From: a bacterium
GTDB lineage: Bacteria > Babelota > Babeliae > Babelales > Vermiphilaceae
DNA length: 64,000 nucleotides
Direction of reading: 5' to 3'
Assembly: GCA_016699125.1 (NCBI GenBank)
Contig: CP064961.1
Location: 920,281-984,280, forward strand
How positions within the stretch are numbered: position 1 is the first letter of the stretch; each line of letters starts with the position of its first letter. Under the pieces are notes generated by a model. The model searched no databases. It was not told where the DNA came from and was given only the letters and a program-made list of their open reading frames with translations. Position numbers and translations under genes: made by a program. Positions 30,410 through 40,428 of this stretch are shown here, piece after piece.

Positions 30410-31372
30410 TATTTATAAGCAGTTTACCAGTATGGCCCATTCAAGGGTGAAATGCGACACTAACTAGAAAAAAAGTCAGGTGATCATAAACTAGTCTCTG
30501 AGAACAACCAAGGAGACAATTTATGAGCCGAAAAGCTGGCGCACACCTGACCTATGAAATAAGATGCCAGATAGATGTATTTTTTTCAATAGGAATGAGT
30601 AGAAGAGTGATAGGGAGGAAGTTATGCATACACCACTCAACCATTGCACGAGAGATAAAGCGTAACAGTAGTAAAAAGGGCTACAAATTTCAAGAAGCGG
30701 AAGCAAAGAAACAGAAAAGAAGGAGTGTTGCAAGCAGCAGATCCTATCGATTGAAAAAAGAAATTCAGGAACAAATAAAGCTGTTATTGTTCGATGTTCA
30801 GGCGAGTTCGCAACAGATATCAGGGCGATTGAAAAAGCAAGGTATTTCGATAAGTCATCAAACGATTTATAGTATGATCAAAAGAGACAAAGCAGATGGC
30901 CAAACGCTGTACCTCCATCTGAGACACAAAGGCATACTGGTGACGCTTGTTGATCGTGCGACTAAGTTTACATTGATCCGTCTGATCGATTCAAAAACAG
31001 CATTTAAAACCACCGATGCTGTTTTGCGTATGCTAAAACCTTATGAATCTTATGTCCAAACTATCACTGCTGATAATGGATTGGAGTTTGCAGATCATGC
31101 GACTGTCTCACTTAATTTGCCACATTGTGACGTTTTTTCGCAAAACCATATCATTCTTGGGAACGTGGCTTGAACGAACATACCAACGGTCTCATTCGTC
31201 AATATTTGCCAAAAAAAACAGATTTCACTACACTAACTCATGCTGATATACAGATTATTCAAGACAAACTGAATAATCGACCTAGAGCAGTTTTGCATTA
31301 TTTTACACCTTCACAGGCCTTTTATGATCAACGTTTTCGTTCTTAGGTGTCGCATTTCAGATTTGAATCGGC
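30410..31372 (+). mobile_element. IS30-family element, degenerate (transposase frameshifted/truncated)
   Basis: Transposase N-part 30523-31173 continues in another frame to ~31345 (..PYHSWERGLNEHTNGLIRQYLPKK..). Terminal imperfect inverted repeats gaaatgcgacac (30449-30460, 31349-31360 reverse complement). Confidence 0.65.
30523..31345 (+). pseudogene. IS30-family transposase, frameshifted
   Basis: HTH N-terminus and DDE C-terminal segment split across two frames. Confidence 0.7.
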
Positions 31373-31409
31373 CATTCTTTTTAAAAGTAATCAAGTCTCA
31401 TTTTTTTAC

Positions 31410-31438
31410 TTTAAATCTTACAAAAATCATGGTAAAAT
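31410..31438 (+). promoter_or_regulatory. sigma70-like promoter for the SPFH gene (TTTAAA-17-TAAAAT)
   Basis: Direct reading. Lies immediately outside the right end of the IS30 element. Confidence 0.35.
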
Positions 31439-31492
31439 AATTACGATAACTGGTTTTATATGTTTCACCTATCTTTATTTCAAGGATTGAAA

Positions 31493-32509
31493 ATGATAAA
31501 CAGTTTTGCATTACCCCTGATTTACTTTATTCCTATTTTCGTATTTGTTTTCATTCTTTTATTCCAAAGTATCTTTTTGCTTGTCCATGAAGCAGAAGCG
31601 GTCATCATTGAACGGTTTGGTAAATTTGACCGCATATTGCAACCAGGCCTCCATCTGGTTATACCACTCGTAGAACAGCCTCGAAAAATTTTATGGACCA
31701 CTGTCACATCGTATCATAACGAATATATCCGCAAAACATCACAAGAAATCAAAATCGACGTACGTGAATGTGTTTATGATTTTCCAAAACAGAATGTGAT
31801 TACAAAAGATAATGTAACTATGGAAATCACTGCTATTCTCTATTATCAGATCATCAATCCACATGCGGCGGTGTACGAAGTTTATAACCTTTCTGAAGCG
31901 ATTGAAAAGCTTGCGCAAACCACATTACGCAATATTATCGGTTCAATGGATCTTGATGAAACCTTGGTATCACGTGATGATATTAACGAACGACTTCGCA
32001 CTGTTCTTTTTGAAGCTGCAACTAAATGGGGAGTACAGGTAAACCGTGTAGAACTGCAAGAAGTTAATCCACCGATCGACATCAGGCACGCCATGGAAAA
32101 ACAGATGCGTGCAGAACGTGAACGCAGAGAGATGATTTTGAGAGCTGAGGGTGCAAAAACTTCTGCCATTTTGGAAGCCCAAGGCCAACAAGAAGCTCAT
32201 ATTTTAAAAGCCAGAGGCCAAGCGACAGCAGAAGTTGCAGAGGCGGAAGGTAAAGCTTCAGCACGGCTAATACTTGCAGACGCTGAAGCAAAAGCTATTG
32301 AAAAAATCAAACATGCATTGCCGTCACAAAATACAGCTGAATTTTTGATAGCTCAAAACTATATTGAAGCTTTATCAAAGATGACCACAGGAAAAGATAA
32401 TAAAACCATTATTATCCCATACGAAGCACAATCACTTGTCAATTCAATAAGCATGATTAAACACGTTTTTGAAAAAGACAGCTCTGCAAATACACCAGAA
32501 AACAGATAA
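31493..32509 (+). CDS. SPFH/band-7 (stomatin/HflC-like) membrane protein
   Basis: N-terminal TM then the SPFH domain (ITKDNVTMEITAILYYQI...RLRTVLFEAATKWGVQV) and a C-terminal coiled coil. Start chosen at MINSFALPL with an AAGGA SD-like motif; the ORF track starts at 31460. Confidence 0.8.
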   Translation: MINSFALPLIYFIPIFVFVFILLFQSIFLLVHEAEAVIIERFGKFDRILQPGLHLVIPLVEQPRKILWTTVTSYHNEYIRKTSQEIKIDVRECVYDFPKQNVITKDNVTMEITAILYYQIINPHAAVYEVYNLSEAIEKLAQTTLRNIIGSMDLDETLVSRDDINERLRTVLFEAATKWGVQVNRVELQEVNPPIDIRHAMEKQMRAERERREMILRAEGAKTSAILEAQGQQEAHILKARGQATAEVAEAEGKASARLILADAEAKAIEKIKHALPSQNTAEFLIAQNYIEALSKMTTGKDNKTIIIPYEAQSLVNSISMIKHVFEKDSSANTPENR

Positions 32510-32566
32510 TGTTATTTTTCAATACTTGTGCTACACTTTTGATTAAAGCAGGCGTTTTTCTAAAAA

Positions 32567-33265
32567 GTGTGTTGTATGTATTATGATGGACGAGTTTTTT
32601 TGATCTTCTTTATTTTTTCATATTTTTTTGCAAAAACAGAACCTGATTTTCAAACAGTTGTTCTCATTCCCGGTGGAAAACAGGATGTAGAGGATCGCTC
32701 AGTCGGCGATTATTATCAATATGGCCTCACGCAACAGATATGCCAACAGATAACACAACATATCAGTACTCATCATAAGCAACTAAAAATGCCTCTCAAG
32801 GTGATCACCTTGAGAACAAAACCGATCAAAAGTGGTAACTTTTTTCACGCAGAACAGATCAATAAGATGAATCCTACTGTTGCTATCCACGTAGGCGTAT
32901 ACGCACAACCACTTGAAAATTTGGAAATAGACATCTATTGTTATAACACTCTACCCAATAATACAGAGTGCCTTATACACAACAAAAAAAATACGCTCGA
33001 ATTTGTTAACGTAAGCCATGCGCATTGCAATAACAAAGCAGTTTCAACTAAAATGAGCGGACTGTTTTTTAACTTCTTTAAAACAGAAGAAAAAAATACT
33101 TTTTATAAAAGTTCATATTTTACAATTCCATTCGTACCTTTAAAAGGAATTGTCTGTCCGGCTTTTGGATTTGAAATAGGAATCTCAGACGCAGAAAAAT
33201 GGAAAACAGCAATACCCGATATTTGTCAGGCAATCGTTACAATGCTTGAACACAACTATACTTAA
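32567..33265 (+). CDS. hypothetical protein
   Basis: 232-aa ORF with a hydrophobic N-terminus. No motif recognised. Confidence 0.35.
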   Translation: MCCMYYDGRVFLIFFIFSYFFAKTEPDFQTVVLIPGGKQDVEDRSVGDYYQYGLTQQICQQITQHISTHHKQLKMPLKVITLRTKPIKSGNFFHAEQINKMNPTVAIHVGVYAQPLENLEIDIYCYNTLPNNTECLIHNKKNTLEFVNVSHAHCNNKAVSTKMSGLFFNFFKTEEKNTFYKSSYFTIPFVPLKGIVCPAFGFEIGISDAEKWKTAIPDICQAIVTMLEHNYT

Positions 33266-33287
33266 ATTAATGCAATAAAGGATAAGT

Positions 33288-33839
33288 ATGGGGCATAATA
33301 ATCAAAATAACGCTTTATATATAATCATATTTTTGCAATCAGTAGTACTAGGCGGTCTTTATGTGTTATGGAATAATGATTTTTTAATTTGGCAAGGCAA
33401 TCAGCCTAATAAACATAAAACCGAAGCAAAACCGACAAGCGAAAGAGTTGATGTATACTTCATAAAACATGGTACACTGCAAAAAGAAAGCCTACTCATT
33501 ACATACAAATCTGACCATGAAAAAATTTCAAAAGTACTTACTCAATGGACCGAAACAGTATGGGAAGAAAAGATTATAAATCAGAGAATAGGGGTAGATT
33601 TTTTGTCAATTGATAACGCAACAAGCACATTATATTGCTCATTAACAAAAAAACCGTTTTCCAACCAATCATCAACACGCAAAAAGCTGGAGATGTTTTA
33701 TGGATTATTTAAGACTATTGAGAATACAAACAGTAGTATAAAATACTGTATAATCCTCTGTCATAATCATGTGTTTCAGGATGATCATATCGATTTCAGT
33801 TTTGCTTGGCCAATAGATCTGCTTCATGACCTCTTTTGA
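33288..33839 (+). CDS. hypothetical membrane-anchored protein
   Basis: 183-aa ORF with an N-terminal TM helix. Confidence 0.35.
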   Translation: MGHNNQNNALYIIIFLQSVVLGGLYVLWNNDFLIWQGNQPNKHKTEAKPTSERVDVYFIKHGTLQKESLLITYKSDHEKISKVLTQWTETVWEEKIINQRIGVDFLSIDNATSTLYCSLTKKPFSNQSSTRKKLEMFYGLFKTIENTNSSIKYCIILCHNHVFQDDHIDFSFAWPIDLLHDLF

Positions 33840-36121
33840 TTACTAATTTCAATCCACTGATTTTGATTAGTGGCACCAATCCATAGAGGGAGATTAAATG
33901 AATTTTCTGCACGGTCAAACGATATATTCATAGCTCCAAAATCAACATTTTGCATCTTTTGAAATAGATCTAAAAGATTATTACTGTTAACCGAAGTATT
34001 ATTTTTCTCTAGTACATTAAAAAAGAGCCGTGCACCCAAATAACCCTCTAATGAAGTTGTATCTAAAGGATATGAAAAACGCTCCATTAATGCGCGATAT
34101 TCTGCTGCAATAGCCCAACCACTACTGAAAACATTCGGTACTCTCGATGTAAAAAAAAGCACTAAACCTTTCTGCTTTAAAAACTGCTTAAATGCGCTCG
34201 AAGTCAAAGTAGAAAGTCCGAATAATACCTTATTTTTTAGACTTTCTACACCAACTTTACGAATAAACTCCTGCGCAACTTGCGGGGTACACAAAAATCC
34301 TAACGCGTCAATATTACTACTATTAAGTTTTTCAATTTGATTTTTCAAATCTATTGCACCACGAACATATGGGATCACTGTATAATCTGAAATTCCAGCA
34401 GTTACTAGTACCTCATGTGCTTTGTCCAATGTCTCTTTGCTATATTCATCTTCCTGATAAATGAATGCAAAGTTTTTTACAGACTGATTTTTTAAAAGAA
34501 ACCTAATCAATGCTCCTATCTCTTGCGTATACATTGCCGTTAAATTTACTATATTCTGCAATTCAGAACTACTAAAAAAAGGATTTCCTGTGATCGGAAA
34601 GATAACAGCTATATCTTTTTTTACAACTAGATCTACATAGGCATTCAAGGTTGCACTACCAACCGGCGCAAATATAAACTCTACACCTCGTCTACGCAAA
34701 TCCTCAATATTACCACGAGCAATAAATGGAACATAATTATCATTGCGAACATCGAATTTAATATGACGACCTGCAATACCACCCTTCATATTTTTTTCAT
34801 TTACAGCTATGCTAATGCCCTGTTTCGTACGATGACTTACCACTGGTAAGCCTTCTATCAATGGCATGGTAGAACCAAGCAAAATATCATTACCAACAGC
34901 TTCATGACCTCCAGCCAAGACTGATCTACCAGTAACCAAATTAAGCTCTTCTTGCTGAACAAAATCATTTTTATCTTTATGCTGATTAATACATGCAACA
35001 GTAGAGTTTCTCAAGCTCGTATTAAGAGATATCTTTGCAAAAGCATGATACACAAAATTATAATACGCTTGATGTACTTGAATAGGAGCAGAAAACACTG
35101 CCCAGGTCGTCGCACCAAAAATCTGACTCAACATTCCTAAGCCATTTATTGCACAATGCCCCTCTTTCCAGTCTTCAGTTTTAAAAATAACCTCCGGAAT
35201 ATGGAGCTGACCAGTATAATCATACTGGTCAAAGACTAACGCTCTATCGTGCAATCCAATCATCATTGATAACGGTTGATTAAAATGAATATACGGATCT
35301 ACAATCCCATTAAAAGCAAAAAGAAGACTCCTATCAGGTTCTTTTGCAAGATAGACTAGTAGATAATCTGGCAATGTATTGAAAAAATTATTCACTAACT
35401 CTTTCACCTTTTGATGCTCATCCATCGAAGCATTAATTAATATTTGTATTTCACGCTTTAATGCAAAATTTTCCCAATATTTAAACGATTCATGATTACC
35501 CTTAATATAATGAACCTGAGTAGGATTTTTTTTCAAAAGCGCTATAATAAGTGCAAGCGTTGCCATTGAGCACGATCCTCTGCTAACCGCGTCACCAAAA
35601 ATGATAAAATGTGCTTCTGAATTCCTAATTTGAAGCTCATCATTAATAACATTCTGTTTCTTTAAATAGAGCAATGATTTAAGCAACGTATGGAATGAAC
35701 CATGCAAATCACCCCACACATATAAACTACTTCCGGGCTCTAGACAAAGCACACTGCAATTCTCATGTTTAGGCTCAACCGATTTAAAGGATGATAACAA
35801 ATCTAAAAATACATGTTCTAATGAAGCGGTCTTATCAAAAATTCCATAATTATAACAGAGAGACTGTAAATAGTGTTTTTTAATAGATTTTAGATAATTA
35901 CTATAATCAGGATCAATCCAGTTTAAATTATCACACGGGGGAAACTCAATCAGTTTTTTGCCAAGTATTACAAAATGATCCAAAGTGTAATTCGTACTAT
36001 CATTAGCATATCCAAACTGAATATTGCATACAAAAATCAAAAAAAGTATTCTATAATTTTTTAACCTTAAAAAAGTCACTTTGATTCCTCTACCAATATA
36101 AAAGATACCAGGATAATGCAT
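33824..36121 (-). CDS. secreted fusion protein: PPP-family Ser/Thr phosphoprotein-phosphatase-like domain + periplasmic-binding-protein (type 1, LivJ-like) domain
   Basis: 765 aa. Signal peptide. GDLHG, GDAVSRG and GNHE spaced as in PPP phosphatases; the HGG motif is not evident. C-terminal ~380 aa resemble ABC-type substrate-binding proteins. Confidence 0.65.
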   Translation of the reverse strand: MHYPGIFYIGRGIKVTFLRLKNYRILFLIFVCNIQFGYANDSTNYTLDHFVILGKKLIEFPPCDNLNWIDPDYSNYLKSIKKHYLQSLCYNYGIFDKTASLEHVFLDLLSSFKSVEPKHENCSVLCLEPGSSLYVWGDLHGSFHTLLKSLLYLKKQNVINDELQIRNSEAHFIIFGDAVSRGSCSMATLALIIALLKKNPTQVHYIKGNHESFKYWENFALKREIQILINASMDEHQKVKELVNNFFNTLPDYLLVYLAKEPDRSLLFAFNGIVDPYIHFNQPLSMMIGLHDRALVFDQYDYTGQLHIPEVIFKTEDWKEGHCAINGLGMLSQIFGATTWAVFSAPIQVHQAYYNFVYHAFAKISLNTSLRNSTVACINQHKDKNDFVQQEELNLVTGRSVLAGGHEAVGNDILLGSTMPLIEGLPVVSHRTKQGISIAVNEKNMKGGIAGRHIKFDVRNDNYVPFIARGNIEDLRRRGVEFIFAPVGSATLNAYVDLVVKKDIAVIFPITGNPFFSSSELQNIVNLTAMYTQEIGALIRFLLKNQSVKNFAFIYQEDEYSKETLDKAHEVLVTAGISDYTVIPYVRGAIDLKNQIEKLNSSNIDALGFLCTPQVAQEFIRKVGVESLKNKVLFGLSTLTSSAFKQFLKQKGLVLFFTSRVPNVFSSGWAIAAEYRALMERFSYPLDTTSLEGYLGARLFFNVLEKNNTSVNSNNLLDLFQKMQNVDFGAMNISFDRAENSFNLPLWIGATNQNQWIEISNQKRS

Positions 36122-37211
36122 TGATCATAAAATGCATCCCTATAATAATGCATTTTTTTATTCTTAAACCAATAAACTGCTTATAAAATACATCATTTAC
36201 ATGTGTCAAAAAAACAATCACCCCTCCAGCAAGCAGCAATAAAAAAAGATAGTCAGTCATCATAAAATAACCAACCTGAGGTGATATATTTGCAATAACA
36301 AAGCGATAGGCAAGAATAGTTGTCACACCACCTACTGCTAATGAAAAGCTAATCGAATTTTCAACCACACTAAAACAGAAAAGAATCACAAAGAATATCA
36401 AAATCAATGGTAAAAAAATAGTCAGTGCATACTGTGTACCATAACGCATAATATCAAAATAAAATAATACAGTTGGGTGATATCCAGTATTTTTATTCTC
36501 CACATTTTCTGAAATACGCATCAAAAAACCACTTTTAACACGCTTGTCAAACAATATCCAACCAAAGGGCTTCAATTCGCCATTGATGGCAAAATTGTCC
36601 AACCTTGGTTCAAACAAAAGTTCGTTAGGACTTACATACGGATGATCAATTTGAATACAAATAGTATGATTATTGACAGGAAAATCAACAAGATTCAAAT
36701 ATGTACTCATCTTGACTCTCACACGATAAATCACAAATAATTTTTCATCTTCAACAAAAAGATAGGGTTGTGATTTAAAAATAATCTCACCTCGTGAAAA
36801 ATAAAATTTTTCCAATGCATCCAAAGAAATCGACCCAGGCGTCATACTAAACCATACCTGACCCGCGAACATAATATCATTTTTAACAATATCAAATGTT
36901 TCAAAAGCATCTATCTGCAAACCAACGCCTACTTCATTTGAATATGCTCCAAATTCTTTAAATTTTTGTGGTGAAATAGTTTCACACTGAACAACCGGAT
37001 CACGTGATTTAAAAAAATAAAATCTATACGCGAACATTGCACATAAAGAAACGGCCGTCAACATAATAAAAACTACTTGAAATATTGGCGGGACCAGTTC
37101 ACGTTGTTTGATAGTTAATTCTTCCTTCATTTCAACATTCAAAACCACATCTTGATCCATTTTTACTCCACAAGCTAAACGGTTGCACCAATTTTGACCC
37201 ATGCACCCCAT
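36090..37211 (-). CDS. membrane protein with ~230-aa extracytoplasmic domain followed by four TM helices (architecture resembling a pentameric ligand-gated ion channel)
   Basis: 373 aa. Pre-M1 R..Y......P pattern MRYGTQYALTIFLPLILIFF. M2-like SISFSLAVGGVTTILAYRFV. M3 and M4 helices, with a short M3-M4 loop as in prokaryotic pLGICs. ECD signature motifs not verified. Confidence 0.45.
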   Translation of the reverse strand: MGCMGQNWCNRLACGVKMDQDVVLNVEMKEELTIKQRELVPPIFQVVFIMLTAVSLCAMFAYRFYFFKSRDPVVQCETISPQKFKEFGAYSNEVGVGLQIDAFETFDIVKNDIMFAGQVWFSMTPGSISLDALEKFYFSRGEIIFKSQPYLFVEDEKLFVIYRVRVKMSTYLNLVDFPVNNHTICIQIDHPYVSPNELLFEPRLDNFAINGELKPFGWILFDKRVKSGFLMRISENVENKNTGYHPTVLFYFDIMRYGTQYALTIFLPLILIFFVILFCFSVVENSISFSLAVGGVTTILAYRFVIANISPQVGYFMMTDYLFLLLLAGGVIVFLTHVNDVFYKQFIGLRIKKCIIIGMHFMINALSWYLLYW

Positions 37212-38626
37212 TGAGTCATTGAACCTTCAAGTTGTGCCTTTTCCACCGAACCACCAAAACCTATAAACCCATCAATTCGGGAACCTTTTTTTGTTATTCC
37301 TACTGAGGCATGAAATATATGATTTAATGCACTCAAAGCGGAACCTGAAATGAGATCAATATCTGATAACTTAACGGGAATAAACTGTTCATCATCAGTC
37401 GCTTGTGTGCCAATAGTGCTTTTACTTGCAGAGGCACCCTGCTGCACGCCAGCAATACCAATCAGATTATTAAATGATGTATCTAGGTGTTCAATGCGCT
37501 CGGAATCATGTCCCCACACACCGTACCCCACTTCAAAATGTATATAATCACTGACCAAACGAATGCCACACGAAAAGTCAACATATGCTTGCGGTTTTAA
37601 ATGTGCTCTCAATGTCAAAACATTCACACCTTGAAGTTTATTCGGCTGCACCTGATTATTATCAATATAGGGCAAAAAACGGCTCCACGGCTTTTGTTTT
37701 AAATCAAACGTACGATACACATCGGTAGCAAAAAAATAGTAACTTTCAATACTTGCAAACAGCAACATATTCCAAATACGCGCAGCTTCATTCAATGCAA
37801 ATTGCATATCAACACCACCATAAAAGGCAAATCGGCCATTATTGCCACGCGCTGGAGAAAAGAGATACGTATGGGAATTTTTGGGAGCGGTTGGCAACAC
37901 TAAACCAGAATGGGCTGCAAAAATATAATGATCTTTGCAATACGAAGAAGAGCTTATTGAAACTGCAACGTCACTCAAGCCGACCGAACTTTGATACTGT
38001 TTTATCCTTTGTCCAATCCATACAGTATTAGAAAAAGCATCAATAATCTGTCCTGGAGGCACACCACTGAGATTCTGTTCATCCAAAAAAAGAAAATGTT
38101 CAGCAATGACAAAAGGCAGTACTAGCTCGCATTGTAACGATGAAAAAAAATCAGTTGGCACAACATCTTTTAAATTCTTATTAACATGAACAGCAAATCC
38201 AGTCACTTTGTATTGTGGTACTAACTGTAGTGTAGCTTGCGCAGATGAAGGCAAGTTCAACCATTCAGCTCTTACATCTCTTTTCTTGACGGCATCTGGT
38301 GCTGCTTGATCCCCAACTATAGTAATATGCGACTTATGTTTTGGAAGAAAATAGTTTTGGGTCGTACTATTCAAAAATGACTGGTAATGAAAGGGTGTAA
38401 ACGAACAGGTCAACTCTAAATTACTTCTTTTTTGATATACATACTGCAACGCTAAATGATTATGTCGCGCGATATTCATATATACTGGTTTTGTTTGCAA
38501 AAAGGTACGCGTTCGTTTATAGGTGCAATCGCTTTCAAAATCAGCAGACACAAAAAAAGCATTGCATATCATAAAACATGCAAAAAAACACTTTATGATG
38601 AAGACTATTTTATTTTTCATGCCCAT
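37175..38626 (-). CDS. secreted protein, possibly outer-membrane/beta-rich (hypothetical)
   Basis: 483 aa. Signal peptide. Overlaps the downstream gene by 37 nt, suggesting translational coupling. Confidence 0.45.
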   Translation of the reverse strand: MGMKNKIVFIIKCFFACFMICNAFFVSADFESDCTYKRTRTFLQTKPVYMNIARHNHLALQYVYQKRSNLELTCSFTPFHYQSFLNSTTQNYFLPKHKSHITIVGDQAAPDAVKKRDVRAEWLNLPSSAQATLQLVPQYKVTGFAVHVNKNLKDVVPTDFFSSLQCELVLPFVIAEHFLFLDEQNLSGVPPGQIIDAFSNTVWIGQRIKQYQSSVGLSDVAVSISSSSYCKDHYIFAAHSGLVLPTAPKNSHTYLFSPARGNNGRFAFYGGVDMQFALNEAARIWNMLLFASIESYYFFATDVYRTFDLKQKPWSRFLPYIDNNQVQPNKLQGVNVLTLRAHLKPQAYVDFSCGIRLVSDYIHFEVGYGVWGHDSERIEHLDTSFNNLIGIAGVQQGASASKSTIGTQATDDEQFIPVKLSDIDLISGSALSALNHIFHASVGITKKGSRIDGFIGFGGSVEKAQLEGSMTQWGAWVKIGATV

Positions 38627-38738
38627 TTACAATACTATCATTTTGTAACGATCGTAGAATGAGTTTAGGCAAATTACAAATGGTCGCAAGCTAGGTATTT
38701 TAAAAAGGATTTTAATCGAAAAAATAGAAAGCCACCTT

Positions 38739-40157
38739 TTATTGAACAATGCAAGAAAAAGGGTTAGTGCAGTTTTTTCTGCTTGAAGGATCTGTAATGG
38801 CATGCACCTTCACGTAATGGTCTTCAAGCACCTGAATCGAACAACCAAGTTGAAAGCAGCTATAAGCTTTCTCTGAACCGTATTGCTTACTTTCAATGGT
38901 TAAAGGTTCCAGGAAATTTGCAAATAAGTTTTCCTGACCAGCGATGAAACCATTCAAAACCATTGATTTGAATAAAAATTTTGCAGATTGAGATGGAGCT
39001 GTATAGAAAACATAGTGACCATCGTAAGTCCAATTACCAACGCTTTTATAAAAACCAAAATGTGTTCCGTCTCGATACAAAAGAAGCGATTCCTCAACTT
39101 CATTTTTGGAATAAACAATCGCCTCGTCCAGTTCTTTTGTAAGCGTCTGTTCATCTATTTTATGAAAAAAATTATTCCATGGAATAACGTACCAATTATC
39201 TGGAATTTTGGTTAACTGTCTATTGCAATATTTCGTACTTTCATCTGCCAAAAAAAGCTCTATTTTATTTTGCTTTAACTTATTTTTTAAAGTATAAATT
39301 GTTAAATATGATACAGGCAAAAGAACAGATTTTCCTGTATCAAGAAAAAACTGTTTTAGCAAAAATAAAGCTATATTTTCAATATTATTTTGCAATTTAT
39401 TCACAAAAATCATATCATGTTGCCATTCAATACCTTCGTCGGTCGGTTTTGAATTAGAACGATTAAGATACGTAATTAACTCCTCCTCTGTATCATATCT
39501 CATTGCAAGAGAATAAAACCCTTGCAAATTACCATATTGTGCAGCTAATGCTAATCTATACAAACAATGTTGCATAGAAGAAGTACAGCTAGACAGATTA
39601 GAATTGCATGGTACATTTTCTAAAAACAATCGCGCTTTCGCCAAAACCTTAGCAAAACGGTTCAGTGTGACTATCTTCTTGTAATCAATAAGAGTTTCAT
39701 TACCTTGTCTCAGAATAAAATCAGAATTAGTTAATGGAATATAGTGAGTTTGCTTTTCTCCAAAACATAAAACAGCAGTTGTCTCACTCCACAAGTTCAG
39801 AAAAAAATATGACAACATATGTGTTTTGGTTAACTTATAAAACGTCTTTGAACATTGATTTAATGACGAAAGAAACAATATTTTGTCCTTCACAAAAGCC
39901 TGGTTACTTAAATCATCATAACTGAAATCATTTTGTCCCGCTTTGATAATAAACTCATTTATCCCCGGCATTTCAAGCTGCCAAATCACAAATGGAATAA
40001 GAGCCTCACGAAAAGCCAGATTATTACGAAAATCAGCTTCGCTACTTTCAGAACTTCGAAGATTTTGTACTGTTATTATTGTAAAAAATAAAAAGTTAAA
40101 ATAGCTTTTAAACACAATTGTTCCTTTGTTAGAGATCTTGAAAAGTACAGACATCAA
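38739..40157 (-). CDS. secreted hypothetical protein
   Basis: 472-aa ORF with an N-terminal signal-like segment. Confidence 0.45.
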   Translation of the reverse strand: MMSVLFKISNKGTIVFKSYFNFLFFTIITVQNLRSSESSEADFRNNLAFREALIPFVIWQLEMPGINEFIIKAGQNDFSYDDLSNQAFVKDKILFLSSLNQCSKTFYKLTKTHMLSYFFLNLWSETTAVLCFGEKQTHYIPLTNSDFILRQGNETLIDYKKIVTLNRFAKVLAKARLFLENVPCNSNLSSCTSSMQHCLYRLALAAQYGNLQGFYSLAMRYDTEEELITYLNRSNSKPTDEGIEWQHDMIFVNKLQNNIENIALFLLKQFFLDTGKSVLLPVSYLTIYTLKNKLKQNKIELFLADESTKYCNRQLTKIPDNWYVIPWNNFFHKIDEQTLTKELDEAIVYSKNEVEESLLLYRDGTHFGFYKSVGNWTYDGHYVFYTAPSQSAKFLFKSMVLNGFIAGQENLFANFLEPLTIESKQYGSEKAYSCFQLGCSIQVLEDHYVKVHAITDPSSRKNCTNPFSCIVQ

Positions 40158-40428
40158 AAAAATTTTTTATTTTTCACACCAAAAACATTGTATAAACAAT
40201 GTTTCTAAGCTTTCATTGCCTGATTTTAAATTATTTTATTAACACAAGTTTAGATTATTTTTATACAATGTCAAATCGAAATAAAGCAATCGTAACTGTT
40301 TATTAAAAATACAATATTTTTTCAGAATATATACTGTTATAAAACAGCAGTACAAAAAACATCAGATGACCATGTGAGACCAGGAAAATGAAGGAAATAG
40401 CAAAAGTAATGCACAATTTATAAAAGCT

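Noticed and set aside
36090-37211. Calling the 373-aa membrane protein a definite Cys-loop/pLGIC channel
   Set aside because: Only the TM-region pattern and overall architecture fit. The ECD signature motifs (WxDxxLxW, FPFD-type loop) were not convincingly found by eye, so it is reported only as pLGIC-like with moderate confidence.
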